Virus record (IMG/VR): IMGVR_UViG_3300045988_158973
Location: 1 to 64,000 of that record
Length of the DNA: 64,000 nt
Direction: 5' to 3' (one strand)
Source of the DNA: a virus
Shown: piece by piece, positions 1 to 10,128 of the stretch
Layout: every line of letters starts with the position of its first letter
How positions within the stretch are numbered: position 1 is the stretch's first letter
Translations under genes and position numbers: made by a program
Notes under the pieces: generated by a model
The model's input: the letters and a program-made list of their open reading frames with translations, nothing else
Told to the model about the DNA's origin: nothing
Databases searched by the model: none

Positions 1-22
1 CTTTTTTTTTTTGAGATGGAAG

Positions 23-304
23 TTATTCTACAGTAAAATCTGTATTCGTAAATACCATGTTCTTGCTCTCTTCCAAGGGGTCTTGACTTACATAGACAAT
101 CAATTTCTCAATGTCGAGATATGGCAAGGAACGTCGATCATACAACACTTCGCCATTGTAGACAACACGTTGAATAGTCGGTGTGGTTTGTCCTTCAGCA
201 AGAGGCCAAATAACCTGACCGTTGAATAGAACGCGACGGACGGCCTCGCCGGACAGCAAACGCCGTCCGTTGAGTACCAAATCCGTTATCTTTCTATTGG
301 CCAT
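23..304 (-). CDS. hypothetical protein, distal end of tail-fibre cluster (93 aa)
   Basis: Intact co-oriented ORF whose start shares nt 304 with the stop of the upstream fibre-like ORF. No motif recognised. Confidence 0.4.
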   Translation of the reverse strand: MANRKITDLVLNGRRLLSGEAVRRVLFNGQVIWPLAEGQTTPTIQRVVYNGEVLYDRRSLPYLDIEKLIVYVSQDPLEESKNMVFTNTDFTVE

Positions 305-522
305 TATTCTTCGGGTTTTACTTCAATGTATAAGATGTTGTCTTGTTGAGAGGGTGCGTTCTCGGTGATTTCTACACCGCGAACTGAAACAGAACGAACG
401 GTTTTGGCATTGATCGCGCTTTGAAATTGCTGTTCTTCCTCATCGAAGATTTGTTCCGTTCGCGCCAACTTGCCGTCAGCTGCCTTATTATGAAGAAGGC
501 CATATATATCGATCTCTGCCAT
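304..522 (-). CDS. small protein carrying the tail-fibre N-terminal module (72 aa)
   Basis: Residues IDIYGLLHNKAADGKLARTEQIFDEEEQQFQSAINAKT are a clear paralogue of the N-terminus of the 607-aa fibre (INIYGLLFAKTADGKLAFTGQIWDETLQKFQSDINAKT). Confidence 0.5.
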   Translation of the reverse strand: MAEIDIYGLLHNKAADGKLARTEQIFDEEEQQFQSAINAKTVRSVSVRGVEITENAPSQQDNILYIEVKPEE

Positions 523-527
523 AACAC

Positions 528-2351
528 TTATGCAATTACGCCGTTAAACGTACCTTCAGCGAAGGGACCTGCGCTGCGGTAACACTTGTAGTCTCCTTTG
601 CCGTCAACGGCAACCGTAACCGGAGCGGCCATCGGTACGTCGAAGCCTCCCGACTTCACGCTGTTGATGGTCATCGTTGAAGGTACACACAGCCAGAGGT
701 ATTCGTTGGCGCCAACCTCGACTGTTACGTTGCCGGCAGGCGAAGACTTGATGGGCTGCTTGGTCAGCGCCAGTACGTCAGCCGAAACCAGAGCATCCTT
801 GACCGACGCGCCAAAGTACATCGGATAGTAAGCATTCACCGTCACCGAAGCCGTCTTGGTAATACCCTTGATGACCGCAGTCATGGAGTAGGCTTGAGTG
901 TCGGAAACGTTATCGCCGATTGTCTTGAGGGTCTTATCGGTAGTAAGAACCGTAGACCCCTTTTTGACCTCGATGGAATCAGGCGTGACTTCCTGATTGT
1001 TGAACTTCGTAGACCAGTTCAGCGTCACGGCAGTTTCAACGCCCTTTTCGAACGACGCCGGAGTACGACTCATCGTAAGGGCCGTATACTGGGTGAACAG
1101 GATTTGGTTAATTTCATCGACGTCGGCTTGAGAAGCGGCGCCAATATTCTCTCGCGCTTGGAGTTTTTCAGCGTCTTGAAGCGTTTGAGCCTTGTCGTAG
1201 AGAACCGCACCTGTTCCAGCGGCAAACAGGTTGGAGTGGTTCAAGCGCGTAAGCGCCGTGGGTACAGAATCGCCTCCGCTTTCGTCGATCGTGATTTCGT
1301 ACTCGGCGACATCGCCATTAGCGCGTATCACGGTGAACTTTTTGCCGTTGTCGGTGCTGGCCCATGAAATGACTGCGCTGAATACCCGGCCTGAATCGTC
1401 AGGATCGCTGTTATTCGTGTAAAACCAGAACACTTGGTTCGTGAGTTCAGAGACGATGGTGTCTTGGAATTTGATCAACTTCACCAAGAAGTTGTACATG
1501 TCGCTGTTGACGGCGATATCGTATTGTGAAAGATCGTCGCCGCCCGTGCCTGCGTTCATCGGCACCAGCGCCTCCATCATCGGCATTACGAAATTGTCCG
1601 AAAGCGTCTTGAGCGCTTCCTCGTCGGCGGCACCGATGTTTGCTCGCGCTTGCGTTTTCTGTGCAGTCGAGAGCGTTTGCGCGCTTGTGTGTACAGCCGA
1701 GTAATCGATGTAATGCGAAGAAGCAGGGGCCGTCAGAATCTTCGTAACTTCGTTGTAAGTAATTCTGACGAAAGAGTCAGCGATATAAGGCGCATTGAAA
1801 TAGCGAATTTCGTTCGTCGACGTGGAGAAAGTGAGAATCATCCCTGTGTAAACGGAGGCTCCTGTGTACATTTGAGGGACGATGATAAGTTTAGCAGCCA
1901 TGATAGCGGCATGAACTTCGTCGCTTACAGGCACACCAAACTGAAAATCGTCAGGGAGCTGATAGGTATTGGCAATGGTTGGCTTGTTGAGGATGTCATC
2001 CCATGTCACCGAACCGCCGCCAGATCCTCCAAACGAAGCCCAAGCGCCGTCGATCCACATCGAAGGATCGTAAACCACCGGATCGCTTCCTTCGCGCTTG
2101 ACGAGATAGATTTTGTTAGCTTCGCCCGTTTCAGGCAGCGACGCTACAACCTCGCTCGACGTAGCGTTCTGAAGCGATTCAGGCAGCAGGTTGATAGGCA
2201 GTTTCCCGTCTTCACCAAGTTGAGGGGTTTTGGCGTTGATGTCGGACTGGAACTTTTGCAGCGTCTCGTCCCAGATTTGGCCCGTGAAAGCGAGTTTACC
2301 GTCGGCAGTCTTCGCGAACAGCAAGCCATAAATGTTGATGTATTCTCCCAT
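528..2351 (-). CDS. tail fibre protein (607 aa)
   Basis: Two fibre-type motifs (TAQKTQARANIGAAD and AEKLQARENIGAAS) and a GGSGGG linker. The C-terminal ~170 aa are paralogous to the next gene. Lies distal to the baseplate genes. Confidence 0.7.
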   Translation of the reverse strand: MGEYINIYGLLFAKTADGKLAFTGQIWDETLQKFQSDINAKTPQLGEDGKLPINLLPESLQNATSSEVVASLPETGEANKIYLVKREGSDPVVYDPSMWIDGAWASFGGSGGGSVTWDDILNKPTIANTYQLPDDFQFGVPVSDEVHAAIMAAKLIIVPQMYTGASVYTGMILTFSTSTNEIRYFNAPYIADSFVRITYNEVTKILTAPASSHYIDYSAVHTSAQTLSTAQKTQARANIGAADEEALKTLSDNFVMPMMEALVPMNAGTGGDDLSQYDIAVNSDMYNFLVKLIKFQDTIVSELTNQVFWFYTNNSDPDDSGRVFSAVISWASTDNGKKFTVIRANGDVAEYEITIDESGGDSVPTALTRLNHSNLFAAGTGAVLYDKAQTLQDAEKLQARENIGAASQADVDEINQILFTQYTALTMSRTPASFEKGVETAVTLNWSTKFNNQEVTPDSIEVKKGSTVLTTDKTLKTIGDNVSDTQAYSMTAVIKGITKTASVTVNAYYPMYFGASVKDALVSADVLALTKQPIKSSPAGNVTVEVGANEYLWLCVPSTMTINSVKSGGFDVPMAAPVTVAVDGKGDYKCYRSAGPFAEGTFNGVIA

Positions 2352-2363
2352 GATACTTTGTAA

Positions 2364-3482
2364 TTATGATATAACACCGATAAATTCACCCGTTGCAAAC
2401 TGGTTGGCACTTCGATAGCAGTTATAACTGCTTCCACTGACCAAAACCTCCACAGCAGGCTTCATAGGTACAGTGAAACCGCTGGATGAAACGCCGCGAA
2501 TGGTCATTGGCGCAGGTACGCACACCCAAAGATATGCCACCTCGCTGAACATCACCTCAATATCGCCCGCAGCGCTTCCTTCGATTTCACGCTTCGAAAG
2601 AGCCAGTACATCGTCTTCAGCGAGTGTGTCCTTCGGATTGGCTCCGTAGTACATAGCGGAATTCGATTCAACGACGATTTCAGCCGTTTTTGCGACGCCT
2701 TTTATCACAGCCGATACCGTGTATCGTGCGGCAGTAGATACGTGGTCTACAACGCTCTTAAGCGATACGTCGGTCGTAAGTACCGTGTCGCCGCGTTTTA
2801 CCGTGAGCGAATCGGGTGTTACTTCCTGACCATCGTACTGCGTAGACCAGCTGACAGTCACGTCGGTCGGTACGCCGTCAGCGATATGAGTCGGAACCAC
2901 AGCCGCCGTCAGCGTAGCCTTTTGACCGAACAACACCTCTTCGATTGCGTTGAGGCGACCGTCGGTAGTGTTCTTGTAGTTGTTGAATATTTCCGTTGAA
3001 ACCAACCCCAGCATTTCAGCCGTAAGATCACCTTTGATCGTAACACCGTTAATAGTAGGGAGGTTGTTAAGTTGGTTATAATCCGTCGTACCGCCGCCAC
3101 CGCCAATAACGGGGATCATAACGGCTTGTAACTGCCAGTAGTTGGTATTCCAGAACAGCGTGACGAACGCCACATGGGCGGTGTCAGTCGTCACCGTTAT
3201 AGGGTTCAGCTGGGCATCGACGAACTTCTTGTACGCGATGGTGGAATTGACTCCCACCTGAGACAAGTATGCCACGCGGGCCGAAGGCGGTTCGATAGGG
3301 TCCGTATCAGCGTCAGCGATACCGACGATAGACGTACTCATCGACGTCTCCAGTTCCTGAACGTAGTCCAGCAGCGCCAACTCGTAGTTTTGCTGGTTGG
3401 GAACCTGTACTTTGGTCCCCTCAGGCCGTTCTTCGAGGGTCGAAAGGATGAGTTTCCGGACGTCGTTATAAGAAAGTGGCAT
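2364..3482 (-). CDS. tail fibre protein paralogue (372 aa from Met at 3482)
   Basis: C-terminus (VTVSWSTQYDGQEVTPDSLTVKRGDTVLTTD...YLWVCVPAPMTIRGVSSSGFTVPM...YNCYRSANQFATGEFIGVIS) aligns with the C-terminus of 528..2351, and there is a GGGGG linker. The track ORF starts at 3620, but that overlaps the upstream gene by 134 nt. The ATG at 3482 lies 5 nt after the upstream stop. Confidence 0.65.
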   Translation of the reverse strand: MPLSYNDVRKLILSTLEERPEGTKVQVPNQQNYELALLDYVQELETSMSTSIVGIADADTDPIEPPSARVAYLSQVGVNSTIAYKKFVDAQLNPITVTTDTAHVAFVTLFWNTNYWQLQAVMIPVIGGGGGTTDYNQLNNLPTINGVTIKGDLTAEMLGLVSTEIFNNYKNTTDGRLNAIEEVLFGQKATLTAAVVPTHIADGVPTDVTVSWSTQYDGQEVTPDSLTVKRGDTVLTTDVSLKSVVDHVSTAARYTVSAVIKGVAKTAEIVVESNSAMYYGANPKDTLAEDDVLALSKREIEGSAAGDIEVMFSEVAYLWVCVPAPMTIRGVSSSGFTVPMKPAVEVLVSGSSYNCYRSANQFATGEFIGVIS

Positions 3483-3486
3483 AGGA

Positions 3487-4380
3487 CTATGAATATTCTT
3501 GTTCGTTATACTCGTCGCTGTATTCGCGAGTGTCAACAAGGTTATAATTGACGACAAGAGAAATACGTTCCAGAGTTTCTTCTTTGACCTTTGCGTCGTA
3601 CTCTTCGAAGAGTTGGTCACAGGTCTTGTGAGCCGTTTCTTTGATAGTACGCTTGATCCACAGTCCGACGCACTGGTCAGTGTTCATAGTTTCAGCCAGC
3701 AACAGCGTGTTGTTGATGGCGTTGCGGAAGTCGCCGTCGAATTCTAAGCGGATGCGGCCGTCTTCTTCAGCCATAACGCTTACGGGGAACGGGTCGATGG
3801 CTTCGTAGTCCTTACGCTCGATGCGGAAGACCTTTTCGCTCACGTAAACCACCTGCCATACCGAACTGCCTTCGAACGCCGCCTTAACGGCATTGAACGT
3901 TCCCTCGTAGTCGGCAGTTTTAGGCGATTTGACGACGATATTGAACGGCTCTAATACAAACTCCTCACCCACGGCTGCAGGCGAAACTATGGTCACCTGA
4001 ACGCCTGCGCGGCGAAAGTCGGCGTTGTAGAATTTGGCGTTGATGGGCAGCGAGTACCGATTGCGGAGCGATTCCATCTGGAGGTCTTTCACCGCCACGG
4101 CGGCTACCTCAAACTGACAAAGGTCATCGTCAGCACCAACGATCTTGATTTCGACGTCCGAAACCTGCTGTCCGGCCTTGTTGATGAGGGCGAACGCCAT
4201 GCATTCAGTCGGGCGGTTCTGAAGCGTGAGCAGCGACACCTGATCGAACAGCACGTTCAATGCGGCGTTCGGTACGGGGGTTGAACTCACGTAGCCGCCC
4301 AAACTCATGCGGGGGTCATTTTGAGGCGCATCCGGAGATACCATCAACGAGTTAGGTGCGCCAGTAAGATACAACATCAT
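3487..4380 (-). CDS. baseplate/fibre-associated structural protein (297 aa)
   Basis: Intact ORF with a 4-nt overlap to the upstream gene, in the baseplate-to-fibre block. No motif recognised. Confidence 0.45.
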   Translation of the reverse strand: MMLYLTGAPNSLMVSPDAPQNDPRMSLGGYVSSTPVPNAALNVLFDQVSLLTLQNRPTECMAFALINKAGQQVSDVEIKIVGADDDLCQFEVAAVAVKDLQMESLRNRYSLPINAKFYNADFRRAGVQVTIVSPAAVGEEFVLEPFNIVVKSPKTADYEGTFNAVKAAFEGSSVWQVVYVSEKVFRIERKDYEAIDPFPVSVMAEEDGRIRLEFDGDFRNAINNTLLLAETMNTDQCVGLWIKRTIKETAHKTCDQLFEEYDAKVKEETLERISLVVNYNLVDTREYSDEYNEQEYS

Positions 4381-5735
4381 AGGTTCACAGTCAATACCGA
4401 GTTGGTTAAGAATTTCGTCATTCCGTCGGTGAGGTCCTTATACCCCGACTGCGGGAACGCCTTAAAGGCACTTGCGGCGCGTCCGTCGATGTCACGGTAG
4501 CGCAGCGTGAGAGTTGTTTGACCGCTTTTCAGCGGTACGAAGATGTTGGTCTGAACGTCCGTAACCGGGAACCGGGCCGTACTGCGGACTCCTTCCCACG
4601 TAGTAGCCCCGGCGGCGGTCAGCTGATACTCGATATCGGCCACCGCGGGTACGATCACAAAATCGTCACCCTCACCCAGCGACAGGTCTCCACTCCACGA
4701 CGCCAGCGTCAACAGCGTATTGGCGTTATCGACGATGCGGACGCCCTTACCCGTAGCGCGGTTGAACAGCGTCCAACCGGCAAACGCCGACGAGGGAATA
4801 CTTCCGGAGTTACCCGATACCGGCCCCAGTACGTTGTTCTTGCCCTCCAAGATACGGAATTGCAAAGCCGACGCCCGTATTTCGAAGCCCGTGACGGTGT
4901 AGCCGTTTTCAACCGCAATGCGCAGCATATCGCCGTAACGGTCGATATTGAGGACGCTGACGATGTTGGTCGAAGCGGCGATAATTTCTTCCGTAGGGTC
5001 GGTGTTGAACGTGCACGAATTGCGCATATCGACGATCGACATATCGCCACTTTCCCAGTTCAACTGCGCAAGGATAAACTCGTACCCCTCCTGAATGCCA
5101 GGCGCGTTGTCCGACTGGACCATGCGAATCTGGAAAGAATCGTACTCGTAGATGAGTTCGTTGGCGTTCGACGGGACAAAGCCCGGCGTGAAAGCCCCGA
5201 TAACGCCGTAGCGCATGTTGCTTTCAGCCACGGCTGGAACGGCGATGACGGCTGACGTGTCGGAAACCACGTTGATGACCTCGTAGTTGAGGATGTTCTT
5301 GGTAGAGTCGATGAACTTGACGGCGTTCGGGAAGTTGTCGCCGCCACGCAGTACTTTCGCAAACTCAGTACCAACGCCCGTGAGCGTGCCGTCGGTAGTT
5401 ACCGAAACCGTTCCGGCTTCGTAGTTGGTTACGGCGCGCGAAAGAATGACCCACGTCTTGGTGTCCGATTGGATAGCCTGAGCCGTAACGGCCTCGCGGC
5501 TGATGATACGATCAAAGTCCTTGTTCCATGCCGTGCCGGGAGCGATAGAAATTGTGTTTTCCTCGCCCGTGGCGGTGACTTCAAAAGCATTAGAGCCGGA
5601 ATTGCGAGCAATTCCGAAGTTTTTCACCAGCGACTGCAACGCGGCCTTATAGCCTTCGTCTACCATCAGGCGACGAAAGTTCTCCAGTTCGGCCACCTCC
5701 AAGAAGAGGTTCGGTGAGAGTTTCAATTTCGACAT
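4377..5735 (-). CDS. baseplate/fibre-associated structural protein (452 aa)
   Basis: Intact ORF by position in the baseplate-fibre block. No motif recognised. Confidence 0.45.
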   Translation of the reverse strand: MSKLKLSPNLFLEVAELENFRRLMVDEGYKAALQSLVKNFGIARNSGSNAFEVTATGEENTISIAPGTAWNKDFDRIISREAVTAQAIQSDTKTWVILSRAVTNYEAGTVSVTTDGTLTGVGTEFAKVLRGGDNFPNAVKFIDSTKNILNYEVINVVSDTSAVIAVPAVAESNMRYGVIGAFTPGFVPSNANELIYEYDSFQIRMVQSDNAPGIQEGYEFILAQLNWESGDMSIVDMRNSCTFNTDPTEEIIAASTNIVSVLNIDRYGDMLRIAVENGYTVTGFEIRASALQFRILEGKNNVLGPVSGNSGSIPSSAFAGWTLFNRATGKGVRIVDNANTLLTLASWSGDLSLGEGDDFVIVPAVADIEYQLTAAGATTWEGVRSTARFPVTDVQTNIFVPLKSGQTTLTLRYRDIDGRAASAFKAFPQSGYKDLTDGMTKFLTNSVLTVNL

Positions 5736-5737
5736 AT

Positions 5738-7864
5738 CTATTCGACTTTAATGGCGTTGGTGTTGGTCTTCAGGTCCACAAGGCCCTTTTCACCGTTCAA
5801 GTTTATGATAATTGAATTTGGCGTCAATACCAGATACGGCACAAACTCCGACGGCGTCGATGAGGTGTTAACAGGCGTAGTACCGTACACGAATACAGGC
5901 TGGAATCCGTACGGAATTAGGTACTTATTCACGATTCGTTCCAACTGGGACTGTGACATCGTGTTGTTGTTATTCTTCAGGAAGATGTAGAACAACCGCT
6001 GTGACTGGATGAAGCCGTTGGACCGGGCATCGACGCGGCCCGTTTCCTTCAGCGGGAGGATGTTGCGGCCGTAGACGAGGGGGCGTATCTTGTAATCCCA
6101 GATGTAAAGCGTAGCTGTTGAGTCGCCGCCACCGAGTTGAATCTTCGGGAGAATGTACTCGACAGAGTAGTTGTTGTAGCACAACTGCGTTCCCAAGTGG
6201 GGTGCGATATTAAGACCCGGCGCGTTTACGGTCACAGGCTGCGTGCTGTAAGCGTGGATGATACCGCGGACGTGATACCACGTGTTGGCTTGTACGGCGG
6301 AAAGCGGCAGTTCGTTGGCGAAGTAGTCCGTTACCTGCGTAGAATCCAAGCGGATGAAACCTGTAGACAGGGCGGTCTTTAAGATGTTGAAACCTTCAAC
6401 GCCAAAATTCAGCGTTCCCTTACCGTCGCTCTTCATCCAAAACGAGACTTCGTACGAAAGGTTGCAGTCGGCCGTGTACACGCGGTCATCGACAGGCGTA
6501 GCGGTATCGCCGCGGCCCAAGCCGCCTTCACCTGTGATCTTCAGGCAGACCTTGTTCTTGTAGACCGGAGTCTTCTTTTCGCGGTCGTAACCGACGATAT
6601 ACTGGTCCGGTATCTCTTCGATGGAAACGTTACCCGTGGTTACGAAGTCACCCAACGACTCAAAGTCGGGTGACGTTTCGCGTGTTTTGTTCAGCTGGTT
6701 AGAACCTCCAACGCCGCGGTACAGCGGCGACGCCTGTCCCAAGCACCAGCCCATCTTCGACGCTGGGAGATTATCGGTCAGCAACTCGTCGCTATCTTCA
6801 ATACCGAACAACCGTACGAACTCGCCGTTGTAGGGCCGACCGTCACCGCGTCGCGCAAATACCATAGCCGTACCACGCTTGCGTATTTCGTCATAGTAGT
6901 GCGACGCAAGATACTGGAGTTCTTCCAGCGTGACGCTCTTTTCGTCAAAATACAACCCGATCTGGCGAACGTACTCGCGCAGCATGTCGAAGTCGTTGTA
7001 GATGTTTTCGAACCGTTTGGCGAACGATACCATCATGGCGAAGAAACGCCCCACGGTCGAGAACAGCGAAACGTAGTCGCGGTCTTCGTCGTAGTTACGA
7101 TCAGCACCGCGTGTCACATACTGGGCCATCACGCCGTGGTAGTACAACTTCTTGAACAGGTTGCGTTCGATACGCTTGGTCTGCTCCGAACCAACGACGC
7201 CGGAAAAGATCGATTCGTCGATGGTAGGGGCAACGAACTGAATCGGTTCAACCGTACCTTTGAAGGTGATCGAATTGAAGGTGATAGGCGCGGAACCTCC
7301 TTGGCGGATGTACTGTACCTCGATCGACATCATACCGTCAGCCGTCACGGGTTCAGCAGCCTGAAGAGCGGCGTTGGTCAGTTCGGTCCATTCGCTCCAA
7401 AACAACCCGTCGGCCGACACGCGGAACAGCCGCGCTATATCCGCCGGAGCGCTCACGCCCGTGAGGTCCTCGGTGAAAGAAGCCAGTGAAACGTGCCCTG
7501 ATATGTCGCACGTGATAGCCACCAGCAGCATGTCGCCCACCGCGGCCATGACGTTATTCAGTTGAGGGTCCTCAGCGCGGTCGTACATCAAATCGGAGCC
7601 GTCGCGGTGGTACTTACTCTCTTCACCGTCGCTGACCGTTAAAACGAGCCTGCCATCACTGGTAAGGGCAGCGTCGGCGGGCGGCTTATCCAAACTGATC
7701 ATCAGGTCGCCTTGGACACCCGGCGTATTGTTGACGGTCTTAGGCTCTTGGAGAATCTCTGCCTCGTAGATTTCAGGCAAGTTGCCACTGGCCGCGGCGG
7801 TGATCGTCACTTCGTTCGACGGCGAAACAACGACCTTGCTGCGTATGGAGGTAGTGAGATTCAT
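5738..7864 (-). CDS. large baseplate wedge / fibre-anchor structural protein (708 aa)
   Basis: Immediately downstream of the baseplate J-like gene. Size and position are typical of a P2 gpI / Mu gp48-type or fibre-adaptor protein. Inference from position only. Confidence 0.45.
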   Translation of the reverse strand: MNLTTSIRSKVVVSPSNEVTITAAASGNLPEIYEAEILQEPKTVNNTPGVQGDLMISLDKPPADAALTSDGRLVLTVSDGEESKYHRDGSDLMYDRAEDPQLNNVMAAVGDMLLVAITCDISGHVSLASFTEDLTGVSAPADIARLFRVSADGLFWSEWTELTNAALQAAEPVTADGMMSIEVQYIRQGGSAPITFNSITFKGTVEPIQFVAPTIDESIFSGVVGSEQTKRIERNLFKKLYYHGVMAQYVTRGADRNYDEDRDYVSLFSTVGRFFAMMVSFAKRFENIYNDFDMLREYVRQIGLYFDEKSVTLEELQYLASHYYDEIRKRGTAMVFARRGDGRPYNGEFVRLFGIEDSDELLTDNLPASKMGWCLGQASPLYRGVGGSNQLNKTRETSPDFESLGDFVTTGNVSIEEIPDQYIVGYDREKKTPVYKNKVCLKITGEGGLGRGDTATPVDDRVYTADCNLSYEVSFWMKSDGKGTLNFGVEGFNILKTALSTGFIRLDSTQVTDYFANELPLSAVQANTWYHVRGIIHAYSTQPVTVNAPGLNIAPHLGTQLCYNNYSVEYILPKIQLGGGDSTATLYIWDYKIRPLVYGRNILPLKETGRVDARSNGFIQSQRLFYIFLKNNNNTMSQSQLERIVNKYLIPYGFQPVFVYGTTPVNTSSTPSEFVPYLVLTPNSIIINLNGEKGLVDLKTNTNAIKVE

Positions 7865-7865
7865 A

Positions 7866-9128
7866 TCAGATAGACATTAACACGGTTGCTTGGTAGTTTG
7901 CGTCTTCGACGTTCGGGTAGAACACTTCGGAAAGCACTCCGCCGTTGTCGATTATCACGTTGCCGTCCAAGTCACGCATCACGAAACTGCGTACCCGCGG
8001 CAGCGTATATTCGGGGACGTTGATGTCGTAGCCGGGGTTGAAGTGCGTATCGGGGACGTATCGCACGCCTTCGACGTTCTTGACGACGTACAGCATGTCT
8101 TCCCACTCCACCTTGTCACCCGGTTCCCAGAAACGGTAGTCGAACAGTTTGTTCATCTGGAGTTGAATCTGGGTACGGACGTCGTCGGTATTGTACGCCG
8201 GGTCGATATCAACGCGGAAGTCCACATTAACGAACAGCCAGTTGACGTTACGCAGGTTGATAGCGGGGTAACGCGCTCCGGCGATAGAAACACGCAGCAG
8301 GTCGGTGAGGCACAAATACTCCTCAGCGCGCGAATACATCTCGTCGAATTCTTCTTGTGTGAAGTCTTGACCGTTCACTGATACCACCGTCAGGTTGATG
8401 CGGCTTTCAGCGGCTGAACCCGTAGTTTGCGATTCGCCGTATCCGCCTTTGAGTACTCGCAAGACGCGAGGGTTGATCTTCATCAGCACCTGCTCCAACT
8501 GCGACAGCGTATTCATCGCCAACTGGTTCACGCTTTCCTTGATACGGATGCGGAACGTTTCGTCATCTTCCTGATCGCGGCCTCCGGTAGCTTGGTACTC
8601 GTTGGTGCAACTCTGGTGTCCGGGAGGCGTAGGGTTCACGCGGTTCAGCGACAGCGGCGGGATGTTGGTAACAGCCCCCGATTTCGTACACCGAACGGGG
8701 ATATACGCCATCCGGGCGTTTACGACCACGCGGCCTGTACTTTCATCGACGCCGCCAATAGTCGCATCTTCCGTGGAAACGAACGTCAACCCGGTCGTTG
8801 AGGTGAACATCGTGCCTGCCTGATAGAACGTACCCGGATCACCAATCACGCGAACGTAGGTCGTAGCGGGAGCGGCTTCGAATCGTGGTGCAACGCCTCG
8901 TAGCGCAGCCAGCGCGTCGAGGTATTCGCCTGCTGCTGTATCGGGGAATATGTGACCTTCGATCACCGCCTGATTGACCATGATCTTCTGGCCGATCTTG
9001 GAATCGGCGTAGGCCATGGCGTTCAAAACCGACTCGGCTGACACGTCAGAAACCTTGTCGGTCTTGTTCAGAAATATTTCGAGCCACATCTGCTTGAGTT
9101 CCTCGATTGGCGTTATCTGCGTTATCAT
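7866..9128 (-). CDS. baseplate J-like protein (P2 gpJ / Mu gp47 family)
   Basis: N-terminal region ...HIFPDTAAGEYLDALAALRGVAPRFEAAPATTYVRV... matches the characteristic A.G..LD.La...GV.R..A..A signature of Baseplate_J proteins. Size is 420 aa and context fits. Confidence 0.72.
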   Translation of the reverse strand: MITQITPIEELKQMWLEIFLNKTDKVSDVSAESVLNAMAYADSKIGQKIMVNQAVIEGHIFPDTAAGEYLDALAALRGVAPRFEAAPATTYVRVIGDPGTFYQAGTMFTSTTGLTFVSTEDATIGGVDESTGRVVVNARMAYIPVRCTKSGAVTNIPPLSLNRVNPTPPGHQSCTNEYQATGGRDQEDDETFRIRIKESVNQLAMNTLSQLEQVLMKINPRVLRVLKGGYGESQTTGSAAESRINLTVVSVNGQDFTQEEFDEMYSRAEEYLCLTDLLRVSIAGARYPAINLRNVNWLFVNVDFRVDIDPAYNTDDVRTQIQLQMNKLFDYRFWEPGDKVEWEDMLYVVKNVEGVRYVPDTHFNPGYDINVPEYTLPRVRSFVMRDLDGNVIIDNGGVLSEVFYPNVEDANYQATVLMSI

Positions 9129-10126
9129 AGCTTCACTTTTTTGGTCACTTTGTCATTGTACTTGGTCTTAATCTCCAGCGTACAAACCAGCGAATCCTGA
9201 TCCTGTTCGATGGAAACCATATCAACAGCCTCGAATAAATCGTCTTGGAGGAACGTGTCCACCATCTGGCGGCGAACCGTGGGTAGCGACAACTGCGCGG
9301 CGGTGACTCCAGCCGTGAGGTTAGGATCGACGCCCAGCAACGGGTTGTCGGGTACGGTCCCGCGGTTGAGTCCCATGAGGATCATCACCTTTTGGTCGAT
9401 GTTGTCCTTGTATTTAACGATTTTAAGGTCACCTATACGCCGGGCCGAAGTGACGGTCGTTGAGTCGCCAGATCGCCGAAAAACGGCCTTTGTTGCCACT
9501 TCCTCTTCAACCTCGATGGTGATCTTACGGGCGATGTCCTTGCCGTAGACCTGTTTACCGATTGGCGGTTCTAAGATAGTAGTCACGGCAGCGGGTGTGA
9601 TGTTATTCACCATAGCCGTCACGGGCTTCAACTCGTCAATCTCCCACTGGTCCTCTTCGAGGTCGTTGTCCAGCATGAGTTGCTCCCACGAAACGCGGTC
9701 CATGCCGTTCGATTGGATGGCTATGGACAGGTCCTCCATAGTACGCTGAGCGCCAATCGACGACTCGACCTGAATAACGGGCTTGTAATTCCGGGCAGTC
9801 AGCGTGGTGCGCCGGAATTTGGGTAGCTTCGTAACCTTTTCAACCTGCATAACGAGGTTGTCGATCCACTCCATCAGCAGCCAATAGCCGCAGTTATCAA
9901 AGCGGTTGTCGTAGTTCTTGAACTGGGCTTGTAACTCACGGCAGTCAGCGAGCAATTTCTGGAGACGGCGCAGGCGGTCATGATCGACGCTTTCACTGAG
10001 GCCTGAAAAATACTGGTCGATGGACGTATAATCGTTGTCGAAGAAGTCTTGGTATCGCTCCAAGAAGTCCGTCAAACGATATTTCGTCACGTTGGAAAAG
10101 CGGATTATGTATTCAGGAATCAGCAT
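9125..10126 (-). CDS. baseplate component (333 aa from Met at 10126)
   Basis: Intact ORF. The ATG at 10126 sits 2 nt after the upstream stop (10129), whereas the track start at 10153 overlaps by 25 nt. Function by position only. Confidence 0.4.
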   Translation of the reverse strand: MLIPEYIIRFSNVTKYRLTDFLERYQDFFDNDYTSIDQYFSGLSESVDHDRLRRLQKLLADCRELQAQFKNYDNRFDNCGYWLLMEWIDNLVMQVEKVTKLPKFRRTTLTARNYKPVIQVESSIGAQRTMEDLSIAIQSNGMDRVSWEQLMLDNDLEEDQWEIDELKPVTAMVNNITPAAVTTILEPPIGKQVYGKDIARKITIEVEEEVATKAVFRRSGDSTTVTSARRIGDLKIVKYKDNIDQKVMILMGLNRGTVPDNPLLGVDPNLTAGVTAAQLSLPTVRRQMVDTFLQDDLFEAVDMVSIEQDQDSLVCTLEIKTKYNDKVTKKVKL

Positions 10127-10128
10127 GG

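Noticed and set aside
3483-3620. N-terminal TM-like extension of the second tail fibre (track start 3620)
   Set aside because: It would overlap the upstream gene by 134 nt. An ATG at 3482 lies 5 nt after the upstream stop and gives a sensible N-terminus (MPLSYNDVRK...).
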